Below the pieces are notes generated by a model, which saw only the letters and a list, made by a program, of their open reading frames with translations, was not told the origin of the DNA and searched no databases. A stretch of DNA of 64,000 nt. Origin: Micropruina sp. Lineage in GTDB: Bacteria > Actinomycetota > Actinomycetes > Propionibacteriales > Propionibacteriaceae. The stretch lies in NCBI GenBank assembly GCA_018055925.1, contig JAGPGQ010000001.1, forward strand, positions 935-64,934, read 5' to 3'. The position numbers and the translations under genes were made by a program. The first letter of the stretch is position 1. Each line of letters opens with the position of its first letter. Shown here one piece after another: positions 17,968-28,150 of the stretch.

Positions 17968-20939
17968 TCAACAAGGTGCGCGGGCTGCTCGCCGTGTTGG
18001 GACTAGCCGCGATCCTCGCTGGCCTACCGTGGCTGCTCCTCGCGGTGCATCACATCGGCTCCCCACGGCTCGGATGGACCCTGCAAGGACTCCGCGACGC
18101 TCTGCTCAGCCCCGACGACGGCACTCTGGCATTCACGCTCCTCAAGATCGTCGGCTGGATCGTCTGGGCGATCCTGACCATCGCAATCGCAGTGGAACTG
18201 TGGGCCCAGCTCCAACGACATCCAGCACCCCGACTGCGCGGGCTGAGGCTGCCACAGCGCCTCGCCCGCCAGATGGTCGGTGCGGCCGCCGCACTCTTCG
18301 TCGCCGCCACCCCACTCACCGCCGGCCCGCCAGGACTTGCGGGACCAGCAACACCAGCGCAGGTCCAGGAATCGGCGTCGCACGAGCACCCCAGCATCCA
18401 GCGACACAATCAGCCCCACCTGGCCAGAGGGTCCGTCACGACCTACACGGTCAAGAAGGGTGACACCCTCAGTGCGATCGCCCTGGCGAAGACCGGACGG
18501 GCCGCCAACTACCCGAGGATCTTCGACGCATCCACCGCCATCCGCCAACCCGGTGGCCGCCACCTGAGCGACCCGGACGAAATCGACATCGGCTGGACAC
18601 TGAAGATCCCCAAGCTCGACAACACAGGCAAGTCCCGAGACACCTCGCAGCGAGCGCACGACGGGCATCCGAAGGGTGAAACGGCTGCTCCCGCTAGGAC
18701 TCCGACCCCGGCATCGCCCACCCCGTCACCGGTCCATGCCACACCCACCCCGGTCGGCACGGCCCGTGCAGGAGAGCCCGACATCGCCGCAGCTGGCTCC
18801 ACGACGCCCCCCGCAGGCGACGTGTCCCCGGGCTGGCTGCTGACCGGGCTCGCCGGTGCGGGAGGGCTGCTCGCCGGGGCTGCCTGGTTGGCGTTGCGCC
18901 GTCGCCGCGCCAGCCAGTTCCGGGCTCGCAGGCCCGGTCGCGGCATTGTCCACCCCGAGCCGCGGCTAGCGCCGGTGGAAAAGACCGTGACACGCGAAGG
19001 CGCACCCACCGCTGCCCTCGTGTTGTTCATCGACGAAGTACTGCGCCGATTGGCCAGCCACCTCACCGAATCAGCTGGCGAAGTACCCAGCCTGGTCGGA
19101 GTCGACGCAACACCGGAACGACTCACCCTGCGATTCCGTCACAGCACTGATCTTCCTGAACCCTGCCTTTGCCTGGACGACGCCGAGCGACAAATATGGC
19201 AGGTAGACCGTGACGCTGATCTTGCCCGGCTCGGGAACCTGGAAGCGGACGGGGCCGCACCGTGGCCACAGCTGGTCACTCTCGGTTCCGACGCCGTGGG
19301 TTGGCGACTGATCAACCTCGAATCAGTAGGCGTCCTGAGCCTCACCGGAGATCCCCTCTACGTGGAGGATCTCGCGCGGTACCTGATCAGCGAACTGGCC
19401 ATCTCACCCTGGGCCCGCGATGTCGAAATCGACTGTCTAGCGGTGTGCAGCGAACTACCCGGGCTGGCGCCCGCCCGGATCCACTTCCACACCGAACCCG
19501 GCGCCATCGACAGGGTCATCGCGGCCGCAGTGGCGACAGTCGACCGTCTTGCCGAGGCATCCACGGACACCCTGGAAACCGCCAGGGTCAACTACGCCGG
19601 CGACGACCTATGGGACAGCCGCGTCCTCATAACGGCCACCAGCGATAGCGACCACCTCAACACCCTGAACCGCCTCGTGACCGACCAACTAGGCCGCACT
19701 GCCACCTCGGTGATTCTCGCAGCGCCCGACGCAAAGCCAGTCGGCCTGGAACTCCGCCTCACCCCCGAGGGCCGCCTCCAAGTACCGTCCCTGAAACTCG
19801 ATCTCATCGCTAACGGACTGACACAGGCGGAGGCCCGAGGGTGTGTCGCCATCCTCACCGCCGGTGAGGCGCAGGAGGACCCGGACATCCCCGTTGCGAC
19901 GGAGACCAGTGCCGGCCAGGAATGGGCCGGACTATGCAACCAAGCGGGTGCACTCCTCGCCGAGCTGACGGTCCCACGTGGAAGCGCGGCCCCCGACAGC
20001 AGCAGCATCCTGCCAGCGCCAGATGAGACCTATCTGGCCGTCACAGCCAACACCGTCGACGACCTGGCAGCACTCGCTCCGCAGGTGCTGCCCCAGACCC
20101 GTGCCCGGATCGAGGCTGCCGATCCCAACCTCGACGCCGACCTGGATCAATGGTGGGCCGACTCCTGCGACCGGCCACGCCTGCGGACCCTCGGAACACT
20201 CAAGGTCAGACTTGGGCGCAGCGGCAACGCCGTCAAAGCGGCCTCACGTATCGGCCTCTGCACCGAGATGGTTGCATACCTCCACAGCAGACCCAAGGGC
20301 GTAACCACCACCGAGGTAGCCGACGCGCTAGGAGTCAGCATCGCCCGTGTCCGCAAGGACGCCTCCGTGGTCCGCGGCTGGCTCGGCGTCAGCCCCACCA
20401 CCGGTGAACCGTTCCTCCCACCCGCTACCAAGAAGACATCCGATCAAGGAACCGGGCTCTACCTGATCGAAGATCTCCTATGCGACGAAGACCTCTTCCG
20501 ACGCCTCCGAATGCGCGGTGAATCCCGAGGAGCAGACGGGCTCGAAGACCTACGCCTCGCACTGCGACTCGTTGCCGGCACCCCCTACGACGGCATCCGT
20601 GCTAGGGGCGGAGCCTGGCTCGCCGAAAGCCGGATCGACCAACACCTACTCTGCGCCATCGTGGACGTCGCCCACACCGTGTCGACCATCACCCTCGAAC
20701 AAGGCAACCTGCAACAGGCACGAGCCGCCGCGGAGTTGGCCGCCTTGGCAGCGCCCGACGAGGTAACCCCTCAGCTGGACCTTGCCGCGATCGCCAACCA
20801 GGAAGGAGACACCGCAGCAGCGGCCAGGATCGCCCGAGCTGCTATCTCCGGCCGCGTTGCCGGCGCAGAGCCAACCGACCCGCCAGACCGGGCGGAAGCT
20901 ATCCTGCGCGCCCACCGTTGGCTAGCCCAGGCGAGCTAG
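17964..20939 (+). CDS. Membrane protein with LysM domain and C-terminal HTH/BTAD-like region (991 aa)
   Basis: N-terminal TMs; LysM YTVKKGDTLSAIA...IDIGWTLKIP; a further TM; C-terminal activator-like region. Confidence 0.8.
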   Translation: MINKVRGLLAVLGLAAILAGLPWLLLAVHHIGSPRLGWTLQGLRDALLSPDDGTLAFTLLKIVGWIVWAILTIAIAVELWAQLQRHPAPRLRGLRLPQRLARQMVGAAAALFVAATPLTAGPPGLAGPATPAQVQESASHEHPSIQRHNQPHLARGSVTTYTVKKGDTLSAIALAKTGRAANYPRIFDASTAIRQPGGRHLSDPDEIDIGWTLKIPKLDNTGKSRDTSQRAHDGHPKGETAAPARTPTPASPTPSPVHATPTPVGTARAGEPDIAAAGSTTPPAGDVSPGWLLTGLAGAGGLLAGAAWLALRRRRASQFRARRPGRGIVHPEPRLAPVEKTVTREGAPTAALVLFIDEVLRRLASHLTESAGEVPSLVGVDATPERLTLRFRHSTDLPEPCLCLDDAERQIWQVDRDADLARLGNLEADGAAPWPQLVTLGSDAVGWRLINLESVGVLSLTGDPLYVEDLARYLISELAISPWARDVEIDCLAVCSELPGLAPARIHFHTEPGAIDRVIAAAVATVDRLAEASTDTLETARVNYAGDDLWDSRVLITATSDSDHLNTLNRLVTDQLGRTATSVILAAPDAKPVGLELRLTPEGRLQVPSLKLDLIANGLTQAEARGCVAILTAGEAQEDPDIPVATETSAGQEWAGLCNQAGALLAELTVPRGSAAPDSSSILPAPDETYLAVTANTVDDLAALAPQVLPQTRARIEAADPNLDADLDQWWADSCDRPRLRTLGTLKVRLGRSGNAVKAASRIGLCTEMVAYLHSRPKGVTTTEVADALGVSIARVRKDASVVRGWLGVSPTTGEPFLPPATKKTSDQGTGLYLIEDLLCDEDLFRRLRMRGESRGADGLEDLRLALRLVAGTPYDGIRARGGAWLAESRIDQHLLCAIVDVAHTVSTITLEQGNLQQARAAAELAALAAPDEVTPQLDLAAIANQEGDTAAAARIARAAISGRVAGAEPTDPPDRAEAILRAHRWLAQAS

Positions 20940-21026
20940 GACGGATTCGCCGAACTTCGCGGCATGTTCCGCAAACAATGTTCGGGAGAGACCTACGGCA
21001 GCGACCCTCCGCGGCGGGCGTTGCTT

Positions 21027-24000
21027 CTATCGGTAAACCGGCTCTGCGTCGACCTTCAGCCACTTCCCTTCCCGTGCCACGTTGAGCAGCGTAGACACAG
21101 ACTCGGAACTGTCAGGCGACTCGGGCACTACATCATCATGTTCAGTTGTCGACGGTATTGGGGTGCGGAGTTGGTTCAGAGTGGCCAGTTCTGGATCGTC
21201 CGTGGCGGCGGTTACTGGCCGGTCTTTAAGCCAGCCGTAACGGGCAATCCGTTCGGCAGCCCGGAGGACCGTGCTGCGCCGTGGTCTAGGGAGCCTATTG
21301 AGCGCAGACTCCAGTGATGGCCACAACTCTGTAACTACGGGTGCGGATGCCACGCACCATAGCGCGAGTACCCACTCGGCTCTGGCCAAGTCATCGTCGA
21401 GGGCATCGAGTTGTCTCCGCCACCACTGGGCGTTGCGGTTGTTGGCGCAGGCTTGGGTGAGGAGCTCGGATGGGTGACTCGTGGTTCCGAAGGGCGCTGA
21501 GCCAGGCATCTTTGTTGACGCGGGCAGGAATGGTGATGAAGCCGCGATGATCGCAATCTCGGACACGAGCCATCGGCGCCCGACGTGGGCCTGCAGTGCG
21601 GCGGCCGTTTCAACCCAAGGGAAGGTGCTGCCTTTCTGGCCCGTTCTGAATGCTCGGTGTCTAGCAATTTGGCTGTACGCAGAACCTGCTAGCCGGAGCT
21701 GGTGGAGCGCCTCGTTTCGGCGTCGTTTTGTCTTGTCATCAGCGCCGACGAAACCGGTCTTGGAATTTGTGAGGAAGTCGCCTGGAGATAGTGCCACCGC
21801 TACCTGTGCCGGCATGGATCGCGTGGACGTCACACAGGGGCATTCGCCTTCCAGGACTGCGTCGAGAAGTGCTGCTTCGAGTGAGCTTCCAGGTGGAGGG
21901 ACGAGCCCGGCGCTGAGTAGTAGCTCGGCGGCTCCTTCGGAGAGGTCGATGTGTTCAAATGGCGCAGTGATGCCAGCGCCGGCCTCGCATTGAGCGCCGA
22001 TCTTGAGCCAAGCGTTCTGCTGCGGCGTGCCGATTGCTGCGGTGAGCTGCGCGGTCCACCATGCGCCGAACCTGGCGCGTTGGTTCAGCAGTTCGCGCAG
22101 AGCGTGTACCCGGTGACTGTTGCCGCTGTCGGCTGGGTCCTTGCTGATCAGAGCGGTGAGTCGGACCCAGGTTGGATCGGGGCCGTCTTCGTCTGGGAGG
22201 TCGGGCATTTCGGGCAGGGCGATGATGTCGCGCCGGTCGAGTGCCGAGAGCAGGACCGTGAGCCCGATGTCGGAGCAGAGTGCCGTGAGTACCTTGCGTG
22301 CCTCACGGGGGCGGCGCAGGAACACGCCGTCGGTGAGCAGCGCCCATGCGGCGAGGTAGGAAGCGGTCGATGCGCTGTGTGCCAGCTCTTGCTCGATCCC
22401 TGCGGTCAATGGGTAGATGCCGTTGCCCTTCGCATTGCCGCCGTAGAACCTGGCTGTATTGAGCCAATACGGCCGACGGAGCAGTTCGCGCAGCACGGTT
22501 GTGCTGTCAAAGTCCGCGTTGCCCTCGCCGGCGTTGTGGTAGAGGAAGCGGGCAGCGAAATACTCTCGTAGGGAGAGGACCTCGAACTCGTAGGTTCCGT
22601 CGACTTTGCTTGTCAGCGCCCACAGGCGGTCGCTGGCGCCCTCGAAGAGTTGGTCAACGATTGACTCGCGGTTGCCGTAGGTGCGCTGAAAGTGCCGCAT
22701 CGCCGCCTTGAGTTCATCCACGCTCATGCGGCCGTTGATCTGCGATTCCTCAGTGTGAGCGTGGAGATACCATCCGAGGAACGGGATGATCTCAAGCAGT
22801 TCTTCCTTGTGGTCACGAACCGCTTTGGGGTGCTTGTTTGCCTCGCGGGCTAGGAGAAGCTCGACGTACTTGTCGTAGAGGTCGGTCCGTTGAGTGGGAG
22901 TCGCTGCTCCTTGCTGATGGAGAAGATCGAGTAGAATCGTCAACTGCATCGGATTGCCGGCGAGTTCGTTGATGTAGGGTTCGCGGCTCTTCTCCTTGAA
23001 GCTCTTCCGCAAGGCGCGACCGTCTTTGCCCTTGATCCCGCGGACCGTGCACCACTTGCGCAGGTAGGAATCTCGTTGCTCGATGGTGAGTTGGTTGAGT
23101 GTGACGATTTCGAACAGGCTGGGCGACGGCTCGGGAAGTTCACCGGCGCTGGGCCGCGTTGTGACCACAACTTTGGGCGGGTTGGTGTAGGCCTTTCCAC
23201 GACCGACGAACTTGTCGATCTCCTTGACGATCCTGCCTCGTATGGCGGCGCTGCCGACCTCATCGAGTCCGTCGAGCACGATGAGGCTGGGCACCCGTTC
23301 AAAGATGTCCTGCACCGTCTTCGCATTGGCGGTGATGCCCCCGCTTTCGTGCGTCATCAGGTCCGCAAGGAAGCACTCGACGGTCGCCTGCTCCCCTTTG
23401 CGCGCCGGGGTCTTGCGTTGCTTACGGTCCTCATTGTGGTCCCACACGTCGCTGCCGGCGAGCCAGAGCGCGTAGTCGCTCAGGTCCAGCCTGATGGGGA
23501 ACCGTGGCTGATCCAGCTTGGGTAGTGGGTCGGGTCTGTCGCTTTCGGGTATGAACGAGCTGCGATGGACCTGGCACACGTACTGGCTGAGAGTTGACTT
23601 GCCCTGTCCGGGCGCCCCTCGCACGAGGGTGAAGGGCGCTGATGCACGCAACAGGTAGGCAGCTGCACCGCCCAAGGTGGTTGGTGATTGTGCCTGCAGC
23701 GCCCCGCTGGACACAGCGTGGACGCGATCAGCGGTGACATCGACAAAAAGGTCCACGACCTTCTCTCGGTCGACATCGGACTGGCTGAATTTGACGCGCT
23801 TGTCTTCCTCCCACTGGGCCGCGACGACCTTGCGAATCAGGTCACGATTCGCTTTGTCCGTGTTAGCACCGACCTGCTCAGCAACGAGGTATCGGACCAG
23901 ATCCCACCCCGCAAGCATGTCGGCGTAGGCCCACTTGGTCTCGGTTGGCGCGTTGTCGACCCATGGGTTCAGCGCCTCGCGCCAGATGCAGGTCATCTGC

Positions 24001-24395
24001 TCATAGCCGAAGTCCTTCGCGTACGCCTGGAGCTTCTTGTCCAGCCGGTCGAACGTGCCCGAGTCCTCCTTGGCCGTGCTGCCGACGTTGGTGACCAGCG
24101 TGTAGTGGCGGACTCCCTGTGCGGCCAGACGCTTCAGACTGGCTTCCTCGTTCCTGACGACCTGATCGAGCCAGGTAACGGGGTCCTTCTCCTTGCCGCT
24201 GACCGACCACTTGACCTGGTAGATGAGCACCTTCGAGGCGTCGACCTTGCGCAGCCCGTCGCGGCCTCCATCAGCCTGACGGAGTGCCATCGGGATGTAG
24301 TCGGGGAACTGGTTCGCAAGCAGAGCGCTGACGAGCTGCTGGAAGTCGTGGTCACCGAGGCGCTCGTAAAGGTAGCGGTGTCGACTCTCGGGCAT
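21027..24395 (-). CDS. NACHT/STAND NTPase with N-terminal PD-(D/E)xK-like nuclease domain (1122 aa)
   Basis: DFQQL...DGGRDG...YQVK; Walker A GAPGQGKST; Walker B LIVLDGLDE; VVTTRP; NPMQL; SLREYFAA. Confidence 0.88.
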   Translation of the reverse strand: MPESRHRYLYERLGDHDFQQLVSALLANQFPDYIPMALRQADGGRDGLRKVDASKVLIYQVKWSVSGKEKDPVTWLDQVVRNEEASLKRLAAQGVRHYTLVTNVGSTAKEDSGTFDRLDKKLQAYAKDFGYEQMTCIWREALNPWVDNAPTETKWAYADMLAGWDLVRYLVAEQVGANTDKANRDLIRKVVAAQWEEDKRVKFSQSDVDREKVVDLFVDVTADRVHAVSSGALQAQSPTTLGGAAAYLLRASAPFTLVRGAPGQGKSTLSQYVCQVHRSSFIPESDRPDPLPKLDQPRFPIRLDLSDYALWLAGSDVWDHNEDRKQRKTPARKGEQATVECFLADLMTHESGGITANAKTVQDIFERVPSLIVLDGLDEVGSAAIRGRIVKEIDKFVGRGKAYTNPPKVVVTTRPSAGELPEPSPSLFEIVTLNQLTIEQRDSYLRKWCTVRGIKGKDGRALRKSFKEKSREPYINELAGNPMQLTILLDLLHQQGAATPTQRTDLYDKYVELLLAREANKHPKAVRDHKEELLEIIPFLGWYLHAHTEESQINGRMSVDELKAAMRHFQRTYGNRESIVDQLFEGASDRLWALTSKVDGTYEFEVLSLREYFAARFLYHNAGEGNADFDSTTVLRELLRRPYWLNTARFYGGNAKGNGIYPLTAGIEQELAHSASTASYLAAWALLTDGVFLRRPREARKVLTALCSDIGLTVLLSALDRRDIIALPEMPDLPDEDGPDPTWVRLTALISKDPADSGNSHRVHALRELLNQRARFGAWWTAQLTAAIGTPQQNAWLKIGAQCEAGAGITAPFEHIDLSEGAAELLLSAGLVPPPGSSLEAALLDAVLEGECPCVTSTRSMPAQVAVALSPGDFLTNSKTGFVGADDKTKRRRNEALHQLRLAGSAYSQIARHRAFRTGQKGSTFPWVETAAALQAHVGRRWLVSEIAIIAASSPFLPASTKMPGSAPFGTTSHPSELLTQACANNRNAQWWRRQLDALDDDLARAEWVLALWCVASAPVVTELWPSLESALNRLPRPRRSTVLRAAERIARYGWLKDRPVTAATDDPELATLNQLRTPIPSTTEHDDVVPESPDSSESVSTLLNVAREGKWLKVDAEPVYR

Positions 24396-24571
24396 GGGCT
24401 ATCTCCTCGGCTCCTACCCGATCGTGTCGTCACCGCCGTCGGGACCTTCTCCAGCAGGTTCTATTCAACCGGCCGCCACCGACGTAGGCGTGGAGGACGT
24501 GCTGTGCTGGGTAGGCGCGGGCGCGCAAGCGTGCGATCACTCGATACCGTGGTGTTGACAAAGGAGACCTC

Positions 24572-25648
24572 GTGACCCTTCCCGCGCACGTAACCATTGC
24601 GTCCGACGAGCGCCACGCCCTCCGAGCGGCCATGCGTGACGCGCAGACGGCCACGGCTGACTACTACGGGCAGACCGCCCGAGACAACAGCATCGACGAT
24701 CTCGGCACGCATGTGCGTAGGTTCCTCGTCGCCGCACAGACGGTGAACGACCTGCTTACGAACAGCGTGGGTGACTCTGCGACGTACGGGAGCATTACGA
24801 GTTCAGGCAGCCACTCCGGCACGGGTGTCATCCGCGGCGTGAAGTACGTGCGCAACGTTGCTCAGCACGTCGCCCACGTGATCCGGCCGAGGGATGAACA
24901 CGTGCTCATCGGAGGCGTACTCGGTCTACGGATCTACACGTTCTGGGATGAAGTGCCTGCCGCAGCTCATGCCCAACTGCGTCCGGCCACGCAACAGCTC
25001 AAGGCGGACTACGACGCGCTGTTGCTGGGTGTGAATGTCACCAACACGATGCTCGACACGCTGAGCTTCTTTGCCGATGTTGCGCCCGATATCCCTCACC
25101 GAGACGCTCGGGGCGAGTGGACCGGATTCCCACTGATGAGCCAACCGGGTGTGAGCGATCGGCTCCATCCGGAGGAACCCTCCGAGGAGAAGACCGCACG
25201 GATGTGGCTCGATGGGCGCCAGCCCAACGGCGACCTGCGAGTGATCTGTGGCCAGCTCACTGTAGATGGAACTAGGTACCTCCTCGGCCACACCTTTGTA
25301 GGAAGACTTTCCTATGCTCCGTTCGTTGAGACTGCGGAGCAGCTTGCTCGTGATCTCGCCGGTGGGTTCCCGTACGTCATGGGTGATGTGTTAGCGAACA
25401 CGGTGGACCGCGCGAAGGACATTCCGCACGTAGTCCAAGGCGCGGTGCTTGAAAGCCGTGACGACATCGCAACCTGGACAACCCCAGTTCCCAGCGGTGG
25501 CTGGGATAAGGACTGGGTTGACCAAAGGGCAGCAAGCACCTGGCGCGGCCTTGTCGAGATGGAACGAGGAGAAGGCTTCTTTGCAGGTTCGGCGTACCTC
25601 ATACGTCGCGCGCGACGCCTGAACGCCCTGCTGCCGTACTCGCCCTAG
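24572..25648 (+). CDS. Hypothetical protein (358 aa) with HEPN-like RNxxxH motif
   Basis: RBS AAGGAG; helical N-terminus containing YVRNVAQH. Confidence 0.7.
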   Translation: MTLPAHVTIASDERHALRAAMRDAQTATADYYGQTARDNSIDDLGTHVRRFLVAAQTVNDLLTNSVGDSATYGSITSSGSHSGTGVIRGVKYVRNVAQHVAHVIRPRDEHVLIGGVLGLRIYTFWDEVPAAAHAQLRPATQQLKADYDALLLGVNVTNTMLDTLSFFADVAPDIPHRDARGEWTGFPLMSQPGVSDRLHPEEPSEEKTARMWLDGRQPNGDLRVICGQLTVDGTRYLLGHTFVGRLSYAPFVETAEQLARDLAGGFPYVMGDVLANTVDRAKDIPHVVQGAVLESRDDIATWTTPVPSGGWDKDWVDQRAASTWRGLVEMERGEGFFAGSAYLIRRARRLNALLPYSP

Positions 25649-25920
25649 TCGCCGAGGAATCCGTCCTACGGTGTCGGCTTGATCGAACGGCCGAGGTTCG
25701 TGGCTCCCAGCCACCGATTCGCGGCCGGCCCTAGTCGCCCGGCAAGACATCAAAGCTCGGCATTCGATACGGCACGGGGTCAGAGGAACCGGGTGGCAGC
25801 ATGCCGAGGATGTACCCGGATGATGCCGCCGAGTGCTCTTACATGACTGTGGAGCATGGCTGCAGCGGGACACCTCTCGATCAGTCCAAGGCACGACCGA
25901 AGCGGTTGCCGGGTCCCCGC

Positions 25921-26473
25921 CGGATCGGATACGCCTGAGCCAAACCAGATCAGAATGATCTGCGGTCGGCTGTGCTCGAGCTGCAGGCGCTCCGAGTTGA
26001 TTCCGAAGACATCTATATCGACCGTGGACTGGGGCTACGTGCCCAGAATCGACCCGAACTCCAGATGGTCCTGCAGATTCTGCATCACGGCGACACTCTC
26101 GTCTGCGCCAGCATGATCCGCTTGGCCCGTAGCCACAATGACCTGGCCGATGTTGTCGGTCGACTTGCGGACCTGGGAGTCAGCGTCGAGCTTGCGGGCG
26201 AGGTTCTCGGCGACATGAGCACGGCAGAGGTCCTGCAGCTCTCGGCAGAGTTCGAGGTCGAACTCGTCAAGGAGGCGATGGCCGCCCTGCAGCGGGGCAC
26301 GAGCGACCGCAAGGGAGGGGCCCGTGGGTCACCGGACGCTGACTCCCGGTCAGCAGGTATGGCTGCGGGATCTGTTTGACGCGGGACTCCCGCGCAAGGA
26401 CCTCGCCCGGCTGTTCGGTGTCAGCCTGGCGACGATCCACAGGGTCGCAAGCAGTTCATCCGCCGCCGACTAA
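25921..26473 (+). pseudogene. Serine recombinase (resolvase/invertase) pseudogene
   Basis: RIGYA* with TGA at 25936 in place of the GYAR Arg; NRPEL; GDTLV...RLARS; Hin-type HTH (KDLARLFGVSLATIHR) in a shifted frame. Confidence 0.8.
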
Positions 26474-26973
26474 TCCACAGTTCGCGCTCGGCCGGCTGCA
26501 GTACTTCATGCTTGCCGGGCAAAGGACGGCCATAGTTCTGGCGCCTTCTACCGGCCTTGTTGGTGCGACTGAAGGGTCGCCTGTGGTGGCTGCTGAGGTG
26601 CCGAAGTGTGTTGACCTCGCGCGGACGGGTGGCATCGGGTCGGCCGCTGCGTCCGAGGAAGGCGGTTGACTGGCTTCGCACGATCGACCGCCGCCGACGC
26701 GACTACAGCAGTTTGTGGCGAGAAGTCTGTCCAGTTCGCGTGGATTGCGCTGCTTAAGGGGCTGAGGTCAGTCAACAGAGCGGGGTAGAAGCTCATGAGC
26801 GATCAATGCCATCCGACGCCTGGATGGAGCGGGGCGCGTAGCCAAACGCGACCAAAGGCGTGCTTGAACCCGCACGCTGAAGCCGTGTCTTCCGCTGGCC
26901 GGACGACCTCGCTGACTGCGGTGCCTGGCCCCTTTCTGCGGATCGTGGGCGGGCCTGCGCCAAGGGGGACGGC

Positions 26974-27756
26974 GTGACTGGGCCGGTGGCAATCGATGAG
27001 CTGCGCCAGGCGTATCGGGCTTTGGTTGCGGGTCAGTTCCGGGAGCAGCGGGCCATGACAGCGTCTGCCGTCGACGGCGAGCCTGTTTCGTGGTCTGCGC
27101 GGACCGGGCGGGCGGTCTTGGTGGCTGGCTGTATGCCCTCTGCTGGGGCGTCGACGGTGGCGCTGGCGTTGGCGAGTCATGCCGGTGATGCCCGTGTCGT
27201 GGAGTGCTGCACGGTGGCCTCGTCGGGGCTGTGCGCGACGGCCTGTGCGGAACTGGGCAGTGTGGATGGCTGGGTTCAGGGCTCGCGGGACACGCTGCTG
27301 ATCGAGCGGCGCGGGGACCGGATCGCAAGCGTCGGGGGGCTCCCTGCGCCGGCTGCGACTGACCGGTCCTGGACGGTGCTGGACTCGTCGTGGGACCTCG
27401 GTGTGCTCGCCACCGATCCGGGGTGGCTCGGAGACTTGGCCCGCACATTGCCAGAGGTGGTCTTGGTCACCCGGGCGACCGTCCCCGGCATGCGACGCCT
27501 CGACATCGCCTTGACCGCCCTTGGAGCAGAGCGCGCTCTCGTGGCGGCGGTGGGCGCCGACCGGCGTCGTTGGCCCAAGCCGGTCGAGGCGGCAATGAGC
27601 CCCGTGACTCGGCAACTCCAGGCGGAAGACCGCCTGTTCTCGATCCCCTCCGTTCCGACGTTGAGCGTCGCCGGTCTCACTCCCGACCCGTTGCCGAGGG
27701 CCGTGATGGCGGCGGTCGCTGATCTGTTCACAGCGTTGAAAGGTGCACGCGCATGA
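26974..27756 (+). CDS. Degenerate ParA/MinD-like protein heading the conjugation operon
   Basis: GCMPSAGASTVALALA deviant P-loop; VLVTRATVPGMRR. Confidence 0.65.
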   Translation: MTGPVAIDELRQAYRALVAGQFREQRAMTASAVDGEPVSWSARTGRAVLVAGCMPSAGASTVALALASHAGDARVVECCTVASSGLCATACAELGSVDGWVQGSRDTLLIERRGDRIASVGGLPAPAATDRSWTVLDSSWDLGVLATDPGWLGDLARTLPEVVLVTRATVPGMRRLDIALTALGAERALVAAVGADRRRWPKPVEAAMSPVTRQLQAEDRLFSIPSVPTLSVAGLTPDPLPRAVMAAVADLFTALKGARA

Positions 27757-28139
27757 TGCTGGCCACAATCTCGGCGGCGACCTCGCTGGCGCTGCATCAC
27801 GCAACCGCGGGTACGGGGCTCTTGGCCGGCCTGCCGTTTGCTGATCCCGATGACGACAAGAAGGGTGTCATCGGCACCGTGTGCCCCAAGGCGCCGCGCG
27901 GTGCTCAGGCGCCGGTCAACGACATCCTCGGCAACGTCCTGTGGGGTGTCGGCGTGCTGTTCTGGGTTGGGGTTGTCGTCACGATCGGAGCGATCGTCGC
28001 CGGCCGCGTGTTCAACATGCCCCACGCCTCCAAGGTCGGCGTGATCGGTCTCATCATCATCTTCGTGGCGGCGATCGGCTACCAGGTTGCCCCGGGGATC
28101 GTTGGCGCGATCCTCGGCAACGGCTGCATCAGCGGCTGA
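27753..28139 (+). CDS. Small two-TM conjugation protein (VirB2/TrbC-like)
   Basis: Leader plus two TMs, PKAPRG motif; position in operon. Confidence 0.6.
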   Translation: MMLATISAATSLALHHATAGTGLLAGLPFADPDDDKKGVIGTVCPKAPRGAQAPVNDILGNVLWGVGVLFWVGVVVTIGAIVAGRVFNMPHASKVGVIGLIIIFVAAIGYQVAPGIVGAILGNGCISG

Positions 28140-28150
28140 GGCGATCGAGC

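Noticed and set aside
20945-20990. Second SOS-box-like sequence (CAAACAATGTTCG)
   Set aside because: Wrong spacing and lies between convergent gene ends.
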